Shown: in pieces, positions 20,119 through 29,069 of the stretch
How the letters are laid out: each line of letters starts with the position of its first letter
How positions within the stretch are numbered: the first letter of the stretch is position 1
Source: a virus
Reading direction: 5' to 3' (one strand)
Length of the DNA stretch: 64,000 bases
Virus record (IMG/VR): IMGVR_UViG_3300027749_000089
Coordinates: 10,799-74,798 of that record
The notes under the pieces: generated by a model
The model's input: only the letters and a program-made list of their open reading frames with translations
What the model was told of the DNA's origin: nothing
Database searches by the model: none
Position numbers and translations under genes: made by a program

Positions 20119-20363
20119 TACACACAGTAAAACTCTCTACTGAAGAGAAGGATGAATTGCTAAAGTTAGCAGTTAAGGTTGGTACGGTTCAAGAAAGTAC
20201 AGCTTATACACCTGAAGAAAAGACTAAGTTAATTAAAGATAATATGGATTGGTTTAATTCATTATTATGTGATTACATTCATGATGCTTTCACATACGGT
20301 TATAATGAAGGTAAAAATTTAGCCGATATTAAAGATACAGAAATGTATAAACCTACAGTTTAA
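20109..20363 (+). CDS. hypothetical protein
   Basis: AAGGA RBS, overlapping upstream gene. Confidence 0.6.
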   Translation: MQVVHTVKLSTEEKDELLKLAVKVGTVQESTAYTPEEKTKLIKDNMDWFNSLLCDYIHDAFTYGYNEGKNLADIKDTEMYKPTV

Positions 20364-20375
20364 TTGGAGACAATT

Positions 20376-20662
20376 ATGTCATTTATAGATGATTTGAAAG
20401 ACGCAGTAGAAACAGTTGTAGAAGTAGCAGTACCTGTATTACCTCATGAAGTAGTAGAAACAGTTGTTGATGTAACAATCGACACTATTGCGGATGCTGT
20501 ATCATGAAGAATACTTTAGAAAAAGCGTTTAAAGATGCAGGAAAAGCTATTAATCACACTGTACACGAAGCAGCGGATGTTGCAGAAAAAGTTGTGATTA
20601 ATCCTGATGTACAAGAAGTAGCAAAAGAAGTTGCTATTGGCGTTATTGTTGCAGCGGTATAA
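20376..20662 (+). CDS. two small Val/Ala-rich ORFs (20376-20507, 20504-20662) before endolysin
   Basis: Manually translated; GGAG RBS and ATGA overlap. Confidence 0.5.
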
Positions 20663-20664
20663 TT

Positions 20665-21114
20665 ATGGAACTTAGCGATAAAGGCGCAGAAGACTTAAAA
20701 GGTTCTGAAGGGTTTAGATCGCAACCGTATCCAGATGGTGAGGGCGTCCCTACTATTGGCTTTGGTAGTACTCTCTATGAGAATGGTACTAGAGTCACAT
20801 TAAAGGACGCTCCCATTACTAAGGAGCGAGCGTTACAAATCTTCAAAGTTACCCTTAAGCAATACACAAGTGCAGTTGATAAAAACGTAACTGTACCGTT
20901 AACACAAAACGAATTTGATGCATTAGTAGAGTTTACATATAACGTAGGTGTAGCCGCTTTTAAAGGTTCTACATTATTGAAACTACTTAATGCAGGGGCG
21001 CCTAAAGATCAAGTGGCTGCTCAATTCCTTAGATGGAATAAAGATGAAGGTAAAGTCGTTCCAGGCTTAACCAATAGACGTAAACATGAATCAACTAAAT
21101 TTTTAGGAAAATAA
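20665..21114 (+). CDS. endolysin, GH24 phage lysozyme
   Basis: EG....Y.D..GV.TIGFG catalytic region; FDALV.F.YNVG; GL.NRR..E. Confidence 0.92.
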   Translation: MELSDKGAEDLKGSEGFRSQPYPDGEGVPTIGFGSTLYENGTRVTLKDAPITKERALQIFKVTLKQYTSAVDKNVTVPLTQNEFDALVEFTYNVGVAAFKGSTLLKLLNAGAPKDQVAAQFLRWNKDEGKVVPGLTNRRKHESTKFLGK

Positions 21115-21115
21115 A

Positions 21116-21319
21116 ATGGCAGACCAGCAAGAAACACCAGTCGTAGTGGCACCTAAAGTTATGGCTAAGGTACAACCAAAAGAATTTGTAAATAAAATTA
21201 CATCTAACTGGAATATTACATCTACTGAAGTTGAAGAAGAAATCACAGCTTTGAATAGCGTGACAAATGAATATTTTGAAGGCACTATTGTTGAATTTAA
21301 TAGACTATTAGAGGCTTAG
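21116..21319 (+). CDS. hypothetical protein
   Basis: Fills gap between lysin and portal. Confidence 0.6.
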   Translation: MADQQETPVVVAPKVMAKVQPKEFVNKITSNWNITSTEVEEEITALNSVTNEYFEGTIVEFNRLLEA

Positions 21320-21320
21320 T

Positions 21321-22904
21321 ATGACATACGGCCCTACTAAGACAGTTGCGGATCCTTGTCAAGCGTATGAGTATCTTAAACCTTCGTGGAATAAGGCACG
21401 TGCTGTATGCAATGGGGAACGTACTGTAAAAGAGCTGGATCAGTATATTGATCTAATTAGATTTAGCAATTTGCTGATACCCTTCTCTACAACAATGAGC
21501 CAAGCTCAATATGACTTTTATAAGTCAGAAGCTGAATTACCAGGCATTACTGCACAATTTGCTAAGATGCTTGTTGGGGGTTTATTAAGAAAAGCTCCTA
21601 TATTAACATTACCGGATGAAGTTCCTGAAGAAGCTAAGGATTGGCTTATCAATAATATCGGACGTGATGACTCTACACTAGTAGCATTTCTTGATGAATT
21701 ATTGTGGGAAGAGATCAATACATCCCGTGCATGGGTATTTGTAGACCACCCATCCGTTAATAATGTTGAAAACTTAGATAAAGAAACTAGAGATATGATT
21801 AAACCATATCCTATTTTGCAAAAAGCTGAAACAATTGTTAACTGGGCAACAGCTGTAGATATATTTGGTAAAACAGTTTTAAAATATGTAATTGTTAAAG
21901 GTTACTCAGACGATTATACTATTAATGAATTCCATGCTATGAGAGTCCCTACGGTCTGGGTACATGAATTAAACGAAGAAGGTAATTACCAAATTCGTAA
22001 GTTCATGGGCACAACTAAAGACAATGGCGATCAAACTCTTAAAATAGGAGGTATTGGTGAGAAAGCTCAGCAATTACTACCTTCAGGCCATTTCGAGTTA
22101 ATAGAAACATTTGACAATATACTTAATAGCGGGGAACCACTAAGGCATATTCCTGCATGGCCTGTTAATGGTAGTATAGAACCTATTATGCCATTATTAA
22201 TGCCTATCGTAGATAAAGAGATTAGCCTATATAATAAAATTAGTAGACGAAATCATTTACTATACGGTGCAGCTACTTATACACCTGTTATTATGTCAGA
22301 TATGCCTGATGAACAATTTGATGAAATTGTAGACGCTGGATTAGGGTCTTGGATAAGATTACGCCAAGATGATAAAGCAGATGTCTTAAAAACACCCACA
22401 GACGCATTACAAGACATGCAAAAAGCTATTGAAGCATCTATCGATGAAATGGCTAAACTTGGCATTAGAATGCTTACAACTGAAAATGAACAATCAGGTA
22501 TTGCATTAGAAATTCGTAATGCTGCTCAAACGGCACAATTAAGTGTGTTGAGTACAAAAATCTCCAGTACATTAAAGCAAGTAATATGCTTAATGGTTAA
22601 TTGGAGATATGGATTAAAAATTAATGCATGTGATATTGTGTTTAATTTATCCGCAGATTTTGATCCAGTGCCTTTAGGTGCTGAGTGGTTGAATCTTGTT
22701 ACTCAATGGTATCAATCAGGGTTATTACCTAGAACTGTGTGGCTGCAGATGCTAAAGGCAAATGATATTCTTAATTCTGAATATGATGATGAAGCCGCAT
22801 TACAAGAAGTAAACGCAGATCCTCAGATCATACCTGCAGCAACTAAATATAATGATCAGTATGCAATGCAAACATCATCACAACAAGGAGTTAATAATGG
22901 CTAA
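21321..22904 (+). CDS. portal protein (DUF4055-like)
   Basis: 527 aa, GLLRKAP, WVFVDHP, ETIVNW, IPAWPV, PLLMPI motifs; precedes MuF head gene. Confidence 0.8.
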   Translation: MTYGPTKTVADPCQAYEYLKPSWNKARAVCNGERTVKELDQYIDLIRFSNLLIPFSTTMSQAQYDFYKSEAELPGITAQFAKMLVGGLLRKAPILTLPDEVPEEAKDWLINNIGRDDSTLVAFLDELLWEEINTSRAWVFVDHPSVNNVENLDKETRDMIKPYPILQKAETIVNWATAVDIFGKTVLKYVIVKGYSDDYTINEFHAMRVPTVWVHELNEEGNYQIRKFMGTTKDNGDQTLKIGGIGEKAQQLLPSGHFELIETFDNILNSGEPLRHIPAWPVNGSIEPIMPLLMPIVDKEISLYNKISRRNHLLYGAATYTPVIMSDMPDEQFDEIVDAGLGSWIRLRQDDKADVLKTPTDALQDMQKAIEASIDEMAKLGIRMLTTENEQSGIALEIRNAAQTAQLSVLSTKISSTLKQVICLMVNWRYGLKINACDIVFNLSADFDPVPLGAEWLNLVTQWYQSGLLPRTVWLQMLKANDILNSEYDDEAALQEVNADPQIIPAATKYNDQYAMQTSSQQGVNNG

Positions 22905-23205
22905 GAGTGTAAAAAGAAGTATGGCGTTAAAAGGCAATAATAATGCGGCTAAACATGGATTAGGTGCAGGATTTGGTGCAACAATGGGTGCAGGCTTAGC
23001 AATGCCTTTTGCAAAACCTGCTGCAATGTTTATGGCTAAAAGTGCTGGTCCAATGGTAATTGCACATGCTGCAGGATTAGGTGCATCTAAAGGATTATTG
23101 TTTGGCGGTACTGGGGCGTTAGTGGGGGCAGCTATTGGTGGCGGCTTAAGTTATTTAGCGTATAGTAAATTGCCAATTCAAAATCATGCAAGACACACTA
23201 ATTAA
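22897..23205 (+). CDS. Gly/Ala-rich glycine-zipper protein
   Basis: AAGGAG RBS; GxxxG repeats; GNNNAAKHG motif. Confidence 0.6.
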   Translation: MAKSVKRSMALKGNNNAAKHGLGAGFGATMGAGLAMPFAKPAAMFMAKSAGPMVIAHAAGLGASKGLLFGGTGALVGAAIGGGLSYLAYSKLPIQNHARHTN

Positions 23206-23218
23206 TTAAAGGCTACAC

Positions 23219-26200
23219 ATGATTATTAATAGTAATACACAAATTTATGACAAAACGCTAGATCGCGCAGCGATGATCCGTCTATATGAGAGAAGAGTCT
23301 CTGGTAAAGTTGATTTAGTAATTGATGGTCATGTTGTTAGACTAGATAAATTAATTAAAGATGCAGAATTATCAGGACGAGGTTTCGAAAAATTTAGAGA
23401 AGCTATTGACCAAGAATTAAGAAAGACATATAAATCAATTAATAATTCTGTTCAAAAAGATCTATCATCTCTTGTATCTGATCAACTCTCATATGCTTAT
23501 CAAAAAGTAGAAGTGGCAATGGGTAAAATATGGCGTACTGAAAGACCTAAGAATAGAATCTCTGAAGAAATTGTACTTAAAAACCCATTAAGTGAAAACG
23601 GTACAATGGAGCAGGGATGGTCAGGTATTGCCAAGAATGAAAAAATTAGATTAGAAGCAGTTATACGCAAAGGTATAGCTGACGGAAAAAGCGTAGATGA
23701 AATAGCTCTACAAATACGTTCAGGAAACGTACATAATATAACTCGCATGCAGTCGAAAGGTCTGGTAATAACAGCCATTACAGCTGTATCCTCTCAGGCT
23801 GATCATGCTATTTATAAAGCAAATGAAAAAGCGTTACAAGGATGGCAATATGTTGCTGTCCTTGACGCACGAACAACTCCGCTATGTGCTCATAGAGATG
23901 GTGAAATTTATCCGATAAGCGATACAATACATCTTCCACCGGCACACTGGCATTGCAGATCTACTACAGTTCCTGTATTTAAATCATGGAGCGATATAGC
24001 AGATCTGGAAAGTGTAGCACAAGTAAGACGTAGGAATATTGAGAACTTAACTGATGCTCAAAAAGCTTTTTATGACGGTAACACACCTCTTAGAGAGTCA
24101 TACAACGATTGGCTAAAGCGGCAACCACAAGATGTACAATTAAGGCATCTTGGTGATTATAAAAAAGTTAACATGTTTCAATCAGGACAACTTACTGTTG
24201 ATCAATTTACTAACCCAGAAGGTAACACTATTGGAATTAAAGAATTGAGACGTATGACTGATCCTACATATACACTTCCTAATGATACACAGAAATTTGC
24301 TAATGCAAAAGCTAAATTAGATGCGATGCAATTACCTATTATGACACCAGATGATTTAATAGGAGATCCTAAATTAATTCAAACATTAAAAGATTATTAT
24401 TTATTACAGGCAGGTGAATTAGATGGTACCTTATCTCTTACCAATTATCGAGGCGCACTTATCCATACAAAGAAAGCTGCCAAGACAAGAGTGCTTAACA
24501 GTCTTCCAACGGAGGACCAACTCATCTTTAACCCCGTTACCGGTAGGTACGAAGATACAAGATTATATCAACCTAATCCATCCGTACTCAATAATAACTT
24601 AAGACTTGCAAAACAAAGTGATGTTTTGAAACCAAAAGATAAAGAGTTTATTAATTCATTTAATACTGCGCTTAGTGAAAAGATGAGTGTTAATGAGCGT
24701 GCCGTTGTGGTAGATAACCTTCGTATTCTATTTACCAGATTTAGAAATAATGGTGAACAGTGGAATAACTTTAAAGCTGTGGTACAGGGTCAAATTAAAT
24801 TTGATGTAATGAATGTTTCTGATGCTATTGAAACTCAGATACGTAGTGATATCAACGTATTGAAGAAACTCAAACAAGATAATTATATTGATCCAGTATT
24901 AGGTCCAACTCAATTACAAGACTTGCATGATAATTTCATTGATAATATTCGTGCTAAGAATAACTGGGAAGATACTATATCTCCTAAGATAGCTAGAGAG
25001 TTACGTAATACATTTGATTACAAGATACCCTTAGTATTAAAAAGAATGCCTAATGGTAAAGAGCGTTTAACTGAATCTGCATTACAACAATTTTATCTAA
25101 AGTTTGCGCACAGATTAAGCATGGCAGATATGCCTGATAGAGATCAATTTGCTATTGCATTAGGAAGAGATTTATACAATCTTGCTAATATGAACGGCAC
25201 TAGACGTAAATGGTACGAAACAGGTATGAAGCTTCTTGAAGCTAAAAATGTTAGTAACTTCTTTGAAGTTGAAACATATGGTGTTCAAAAGCGAAGAATG
25301 AAAAGTAGACTTAGTGGTTCCTTGTTTGGCCCTTATTATGACACTCTGTCATATAATATAAGAGTTGTAGACCCTCGAATACAAGAATATTCACAGCTCA
25401 CACGGAAAGTGGACGTTGGCCTACGTGTTGGCGTAACAACAGAAAAGAACAAACTGGTTTTTCGCGAGGGATATAAAACTTATTTTATTGACAGAGGTCT
25501 CCTAGGTTTAGAAGATACAAGAATACCTATTACGTCAACAAATAGTTTTTCAGATTTTCCTGAAGAACTTGTTGATAAAAATATGGCAGATGCGTTAAAT
25601 TGGGCATCTAAGTCTAAGTATAAAATTGATAATGACTTTTACGACTTTACACAAAAATTATTATACTTTGAAGATGATCGAGGTAACGCTAAAAAGTATA
25701 ATGATCTAAATGAATACAAACACTATATTTCATCTCGTGGTGATGCATATGAACGATTTAAATCTATGGATTGGCTTAGAAATAATGATTACGCTTTCAG
25801 TAATCATGCTTTTGTCGATCATCGGGCTAGGATCTATGATCGTGGCCTTATTAGTCCGCAATCGGGAGAATCATTTAGACCTTTCTTAAATACTGAAGTA
25901 GAAAAAGTTCTTGGCGAAGATGGATATAGAAACTTCAGAGATCAGATAGGTGCCTTTATGGGTGGTCTAAATGATGTATTTGAAGGTAGATATAATTCAT
26001 TGTCATTTACTGGACGCCAAAAGATTGCTGATAAATTGTGGCCAGATATGGTAGACCTTGGTAATAAAATGTTAAGAGCCAAACCTGCAGATTTACGTGC
26101 TATTCTGGAATCAGATACGGTGCAATTAATTGAAGGTGAGGAACTTGGTAAGTTCATGAGATTTGCCATGGAAGCTGCTAAGATAGATAATCATCTTAAA

Positions 26201-27856
26201 GCCGGTGGCTCTATGAATGCATACAAAACAGCCTTAGCCTTGGAACAAGATGCATCGTCTTCAGGTGCTCAGATTATTGCATTAACTACAAAGAATAAGC
26301 AATTAGCTTCATTATCTAATGTTATACCAACAAATCAGAAACGCAGACTATATGATGAAATTGCTGCTGCAACATTTAATGATCCTCGGTTTAAGGTGCT
26401 TAACGAAAGATTATGCCTCAATGAAAAAGATTTACGTAAAGCTGCAAAAGCTCAAAATATGGTTACGTTTTATGGTGCTGGTGAGAGAACGGGAATTTTA
26501 AATGTAGAAGGAAAGTTAGCTAAAGTACTTGGGAAGGACTCTTCTACACTAGTAGTAAAAGCTAGTGATCGTGATAAAGTATTAAATGAAATTTCAGCTC
26601 GTGCGGCTAGATATGAAAAGTTTGATCCAGAGACAACTGCAGAGCTTAAACAGCTTAGAGAAAACGTTAAAGATATATTTAACAAAGGCTTAGATCCTGG
26701 TGATGACATTATGGAACAGTTATATTTCCTGGATCCTGCTACTAAAGACTTAGTAGAAAAAATGACACACACCTATGATATGGTGGTTACACCTAAAGAC
26801 TTCCAAGCTATTGCTAAATTAATGTCTGAACATTTAGGTGAGCAGGTTCCTATTCTTAAAGATTTTACTAAATTCTTTGGTAGACTAGCTGAAGATTATT
26901 TAACTAATGCTAAGCCTTCACAAGCTGCATTAGATTGGAGATCTATAGGCGCTACTAGTATATTAGGTGCCCGTAAAAAAGGTTATGTATTACCTGATAG
27001 AGTTAGTGAAATATTAGGATTGAAGCCTGGAGAAGCTTTGTCTGAAAAGTTTTTAAAGAGATTTGATGGTTGGAAACCTGACGGAACCTTGGCTGATCTT
27101 ATTTATGGTGTAAAAGGCCCAAAAGATCGTAGAACTGGATTTAAAGTATTTAAAGTAGAGCCTATAGAAAAATTAAATATCTCTAAAGGTTTTGAAATAT
27201 TTTATGCTAATAAGCTGCCCAAGTCTTGGACTAATGTCCCATGGGTTAATTTTGATGGAAAAGTTATTGAGCAAAACTTTACCCAGTCATTTGAAGAAAG
27301 ATTAGTCTATAAAGACAAAGATGGTAATTGGGTTAATAATTTGGTTCAGGTGCAGCAGAAAACAGAAGCCACTTGGTGGGAACAGGTAGTTAATGCAGAC
27401 GGTAAAATAAATGACATTGCAGACGCAACTAAAGCACGAACAGCATATGCAGTTAACGGCAATCACTCAAATGATGCCACGTTGGTTAAGAATTTCCATA
27501 TCTGGGGACGAGACAATAAGATTGCCACAAGCACCATTCACGATGCGTTTTTCGCCAATGCAGCCGATATGCTGGAGGCCCGGAAGGGTATAAGAAAACT
27601 ATATGCTAACGTACTAGATAAGAACCCTGTCAAGGTTACTTTAGATGAAATGTTAGCTAGAGGTTTTCCAAAAGAATTATATGATAAATATTTAGAAGAA
27701 GCTATTGACAAAGGATTAATTCCAGTTGCTGGTAAATCAGTTGTCGGTGGTAAAACATTAACAGAAGCTGACATCTTAACAAAGAAAGATGTAATGAGCG
27801 ATATCCCCGATCCTACTAAATTTGAGGATGATTGGGGTTTTTACGGCATAGGCTGA
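23219..27856 (+). CDS. MuF/SPP1 gp7-like head morphogenesis domain fused to T7-like single-subunit RNA polymerase
   Basis: N-terminal YVAVLDARTTPLC...PPAHWHCRST (Phage_Mu_F); C-terminal DHRARIY, SPQSGE, motif A QDASSSGAQ, motif B RKAAKAQNMVTFYG, NHSNDA, motif C IHDAF. Confidence 0.9.
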   Translation: MIINSNTQIYDKTLDRAAMIRLYERRVSGKVDLVIDGHVVRLDKLIKDAELSGRGFEKFREAIDQELRKTYKSINNSVQKDLSSLVSDQLSYAYQKVEVAMGKIWRTERPKNRISEEIVLKNPLSENGTMEQGWSGIAKNEKIRLEAVIRKGIADGKSVDEIALQIRSGNVHNITRMQSKGLVITAITAVSSQADHAIYKANEKALQGWQYVAVLDARTTPLCAHRDGEIYPISDTIHLPPAHWHCRSTTVPVFKSWSDIADLESVAQVRRRNIENLTDAQKAFYDGNTPLRESYNDWLKRQPQDVQLRHLGDYKKVNMFQSGQLTVDQFTNPEGNTIGIKELRRMTDPTYTLPNDTQKFANAKAKLDAMQLPIMTPDDLIGDPKLIQTLKDYYLLQAGELDGTLSLTNYRGALIHTKKAAKTRVLNSLPTEDQLIFNPVTGRYEDTRLYQPNPSVLNNNLRLAKQSDVLKPKDKEFINSFNTALSEKMSVNERAVVVDNLRILFTRFRNNGEQWNNFKAVVQGQIKFDVMNVSDAIETQIRSDINVLKKLKQDNYIDPVLGPTQLQDLHDNFIDNIRAKNNWEDTISPKIARELRNTFDYKIPLVLKRMPNGKERLTESALQQFYLKFAHRLSMADMPDRDQFAIALGRDLYNLANMNGTRRKWYETGMKLLEAKNVSNFFEVETYGVQKRRMKSRLSGSLFGPYYDTLSYNIRVVDPRIQEYSQLTRKVDVGLRVGVTTEKNKLVFREGYKTYFIDRGLLGLEDTRIPITSTNSFSDFPEELVDKNMADALNWASKSKYKIDNDFYDFTQKLLYFEDDRGNAKKYNDLNEYKHYISSRGDAYERFKSMDWLRNNDYAFSNHAFVDHRARIYDRGLISPQSGESFRPFLNTEVEKVLGEDGYRNFRDQIGAFMGGLNDVFEGRYNSLSFTGRQKIADKLWPDMVDLGNKMLRAKPADLRAILESDTVQLIEGEELGKFMRFAMEAAKIDNHLKAGGSMNAYKTALALEQDASSSGAQIIALTTKNKQLASLSNVIPTNQKRRLYDEIAAATFNDPRFKVLNERLCLNEKDLRKAAKAQNMVTFYGAGERTGILNVEGKLAKVLGKDSSTLVVKASDRDKVLNEISARAARYEKFDPETTAELKQLRENVKDIFNKGLDPGDDIMEQLYFLDPATKDLVEKMTHTYDMVVTPKDFQAIAKLMSEHLGEQVPILKDFTKFFGRLAEDYLTNAKPSQAALDWRSIGATSILGARKKGYVLPDRVSEILGLKPGEALSEKFLKRFDGWKPDGTLADLIYGVKGPKDRRTGFKVFKVEPIEKLNISKGFEIFYANKLPKSWTNVPWVNFDGKVIEQNFTQSFEERLVYKDKDGNWVNNLVQVQQKTEATWWEQVVNADGKINDIADATKARTAYAVNGNHSNDATLVKNFHIWGRDNKIATSTIHDAFFANAADMLEARKGIRKLYANVLDKNPVKVTLDEMLARGFPKELYDKYLEEAIDKGLIPVAGKSVVGGKTLTEADILTKKDVMSDIPDPTKFEDDWGFYGIG

Positions 27857-27859
27857 AAT

Positions 27860-27994
27860 ATGAACGCAGAAATTAAAAGATGTACATGTCAACATCCTAA
27901 TCAGGATAAACTCCATGGCAATGGAATGAGAGTGATGAATCCAGATCAGAAGAAAGGGTTCACATGCACTGTATGTGGAGCAAAACACAAATGA
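27860..27994 (+). CDS. 44-aa putative Zn-binding protein
   Basis: MNAEIKRCTCQH.NQD..HG.GMRV.N...CTVCG; manually translated. Confidence 0.55.
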   Translation: MNAEIKRCTCQHPNQDKLHGNGMRVMNPDQKKGFTCTVCGAKHK

Positions 27995-28212
27995 GATTTA
28001 GTCACGCATTAGATTTAATAATTGCAAACCACAAACTAGCACGTACAGGTTGGAACGGTAAAAACATGTATGTCAGTATTGTTAGAAATTTTGGTTCAGT
28101 TGAGCCATTTTTCATATTAACACAACCTACTAAGACGAACACATGGGTTCCTTCAATGTCTGATTTATTATCGGATGATTGGGTTATCTTTCCAGAGACC
28201 CCGTTAAATTAA
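27991..28212 (+). CDS. DUF2829 / Tad2-like (Thoeris anti-defence sponge family) protein
   Basis: F..AL......ARTGWNGKNMYV...WVPSMSDLLSDDW signature. Confidence 0.75.
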   Translation: MRFSHALDLIIANHKLARTGWNGKNMYVSIVRNFGSVEPFFILTQPTKTNTWVPSMSDLLSDDWVIFPETPLN

Positions 28213-28216
28213 CCCT
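28199..28216 (+). promoter_or_regulatory. motif class I copy
   Basis: CCCCGTTAAATTAACCCT overlapping the DUF2829 stop codon. Confidence 0.65.
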
Positions 28217-28312
28217 TAAGCGGTCCCCCCTTTAATGAGTCTATTAGTTAATTAGTCCTTTATTTATTCTTTAATAAAATAATAATAAATAAATATATTA
28301 ATGATTAATAGA

Positions 28313-28330
28313 CCCCGTTAAATTAACCCT
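28313..28330 (+). promoter_or_regulatory. motif class I copy
   Basis: CCCCGTTAAATTAACCCT about 80 nt before scaffold/capsid operon. Confidence 0.65.
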
Positions 28331-28408
28331 AAATACTAAAAACAAATATCCTATAGGGTGAATTGTATTCACTTTATAACACTGAGTTGTACTCAAAGGA
28401 AACATAAA

Positions 28409-29047
28409 ATGACCGAAAATGTCGAAGAAAAAGAAACTGATAATATTACTCCGGATACTACTGCTACCAATTCTCCTGTGGATGATATGGACACGAAGAT
28501 CCAAGAAGCTCTTAAACCAATCAAAGAAAAACTCGATAAAGCGTACAGCGAAAGAGACAATGCGTTAAAGAAAGCTGCTGAGTATGAACAAAAAGAGAAA
28601 GAAGCTGAAATAAAAAGACTTCAAGAAGAAGGAAAACATAAAGAAGTTTATGAACTTCAGTTAGCGGAAGCCAATGCTAAATTGGAAACGATAACAAAAC
28701 GTAACATAGAACTCGCTAGAGATTTAGAAGTAAAATCTGCTCTTAGTGGATATACGTTTAGAAGTGATAAAGCTGCGGATATGGCATATATGGATGTGGC
28801 ATCGCAACTTGTACAAAATGAAAATGGAGTATGGGTGCATAAATCAGGAACTGATCTAAGAACCTTTATAAAACAATTTTCTGAAGACGATAACAATTCT
28901 TTCTTATTCAAACCAAAAGTTTCGACAGGGGCCGGTCAGACAAGTTCTAGCAGTACTTCTCAAGATACTTCGAATAAATCTTTATTCCAGTTATCACAAG
29001 ATGAAGTGCTTAAACGTGCTGCTGAAGGATCACTTCGCAGGAAATAA
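28409..29047 (+). CDS. capsid scaffold protein
   Basis: Coiled coil, FLFKP..STGAG C-terminal motif, directly before capsid gene. Confidence 0.75.
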   Translation: MTENVEEKETDNITPDTTATNSPVDDMDTKIQEALKPIKEKLDKAYSERDNALKKAAEYEQKEKEAEIKRLQEEGKHKEVYELQLAEANAKLETITKRNIELARDLEVKSALSGYTFRSDKAADMAYMDVASQLVQNENGVWVHKSGTDLRTFIKQFSEDDNNSFLFKPKVSTGAGQTSSSSTSQDTSNKSLFQLSQDEVLKRAAEGSLRRK

Positions 29048-29069
29048 ATACTTTAAGGAAAAATGAAAA

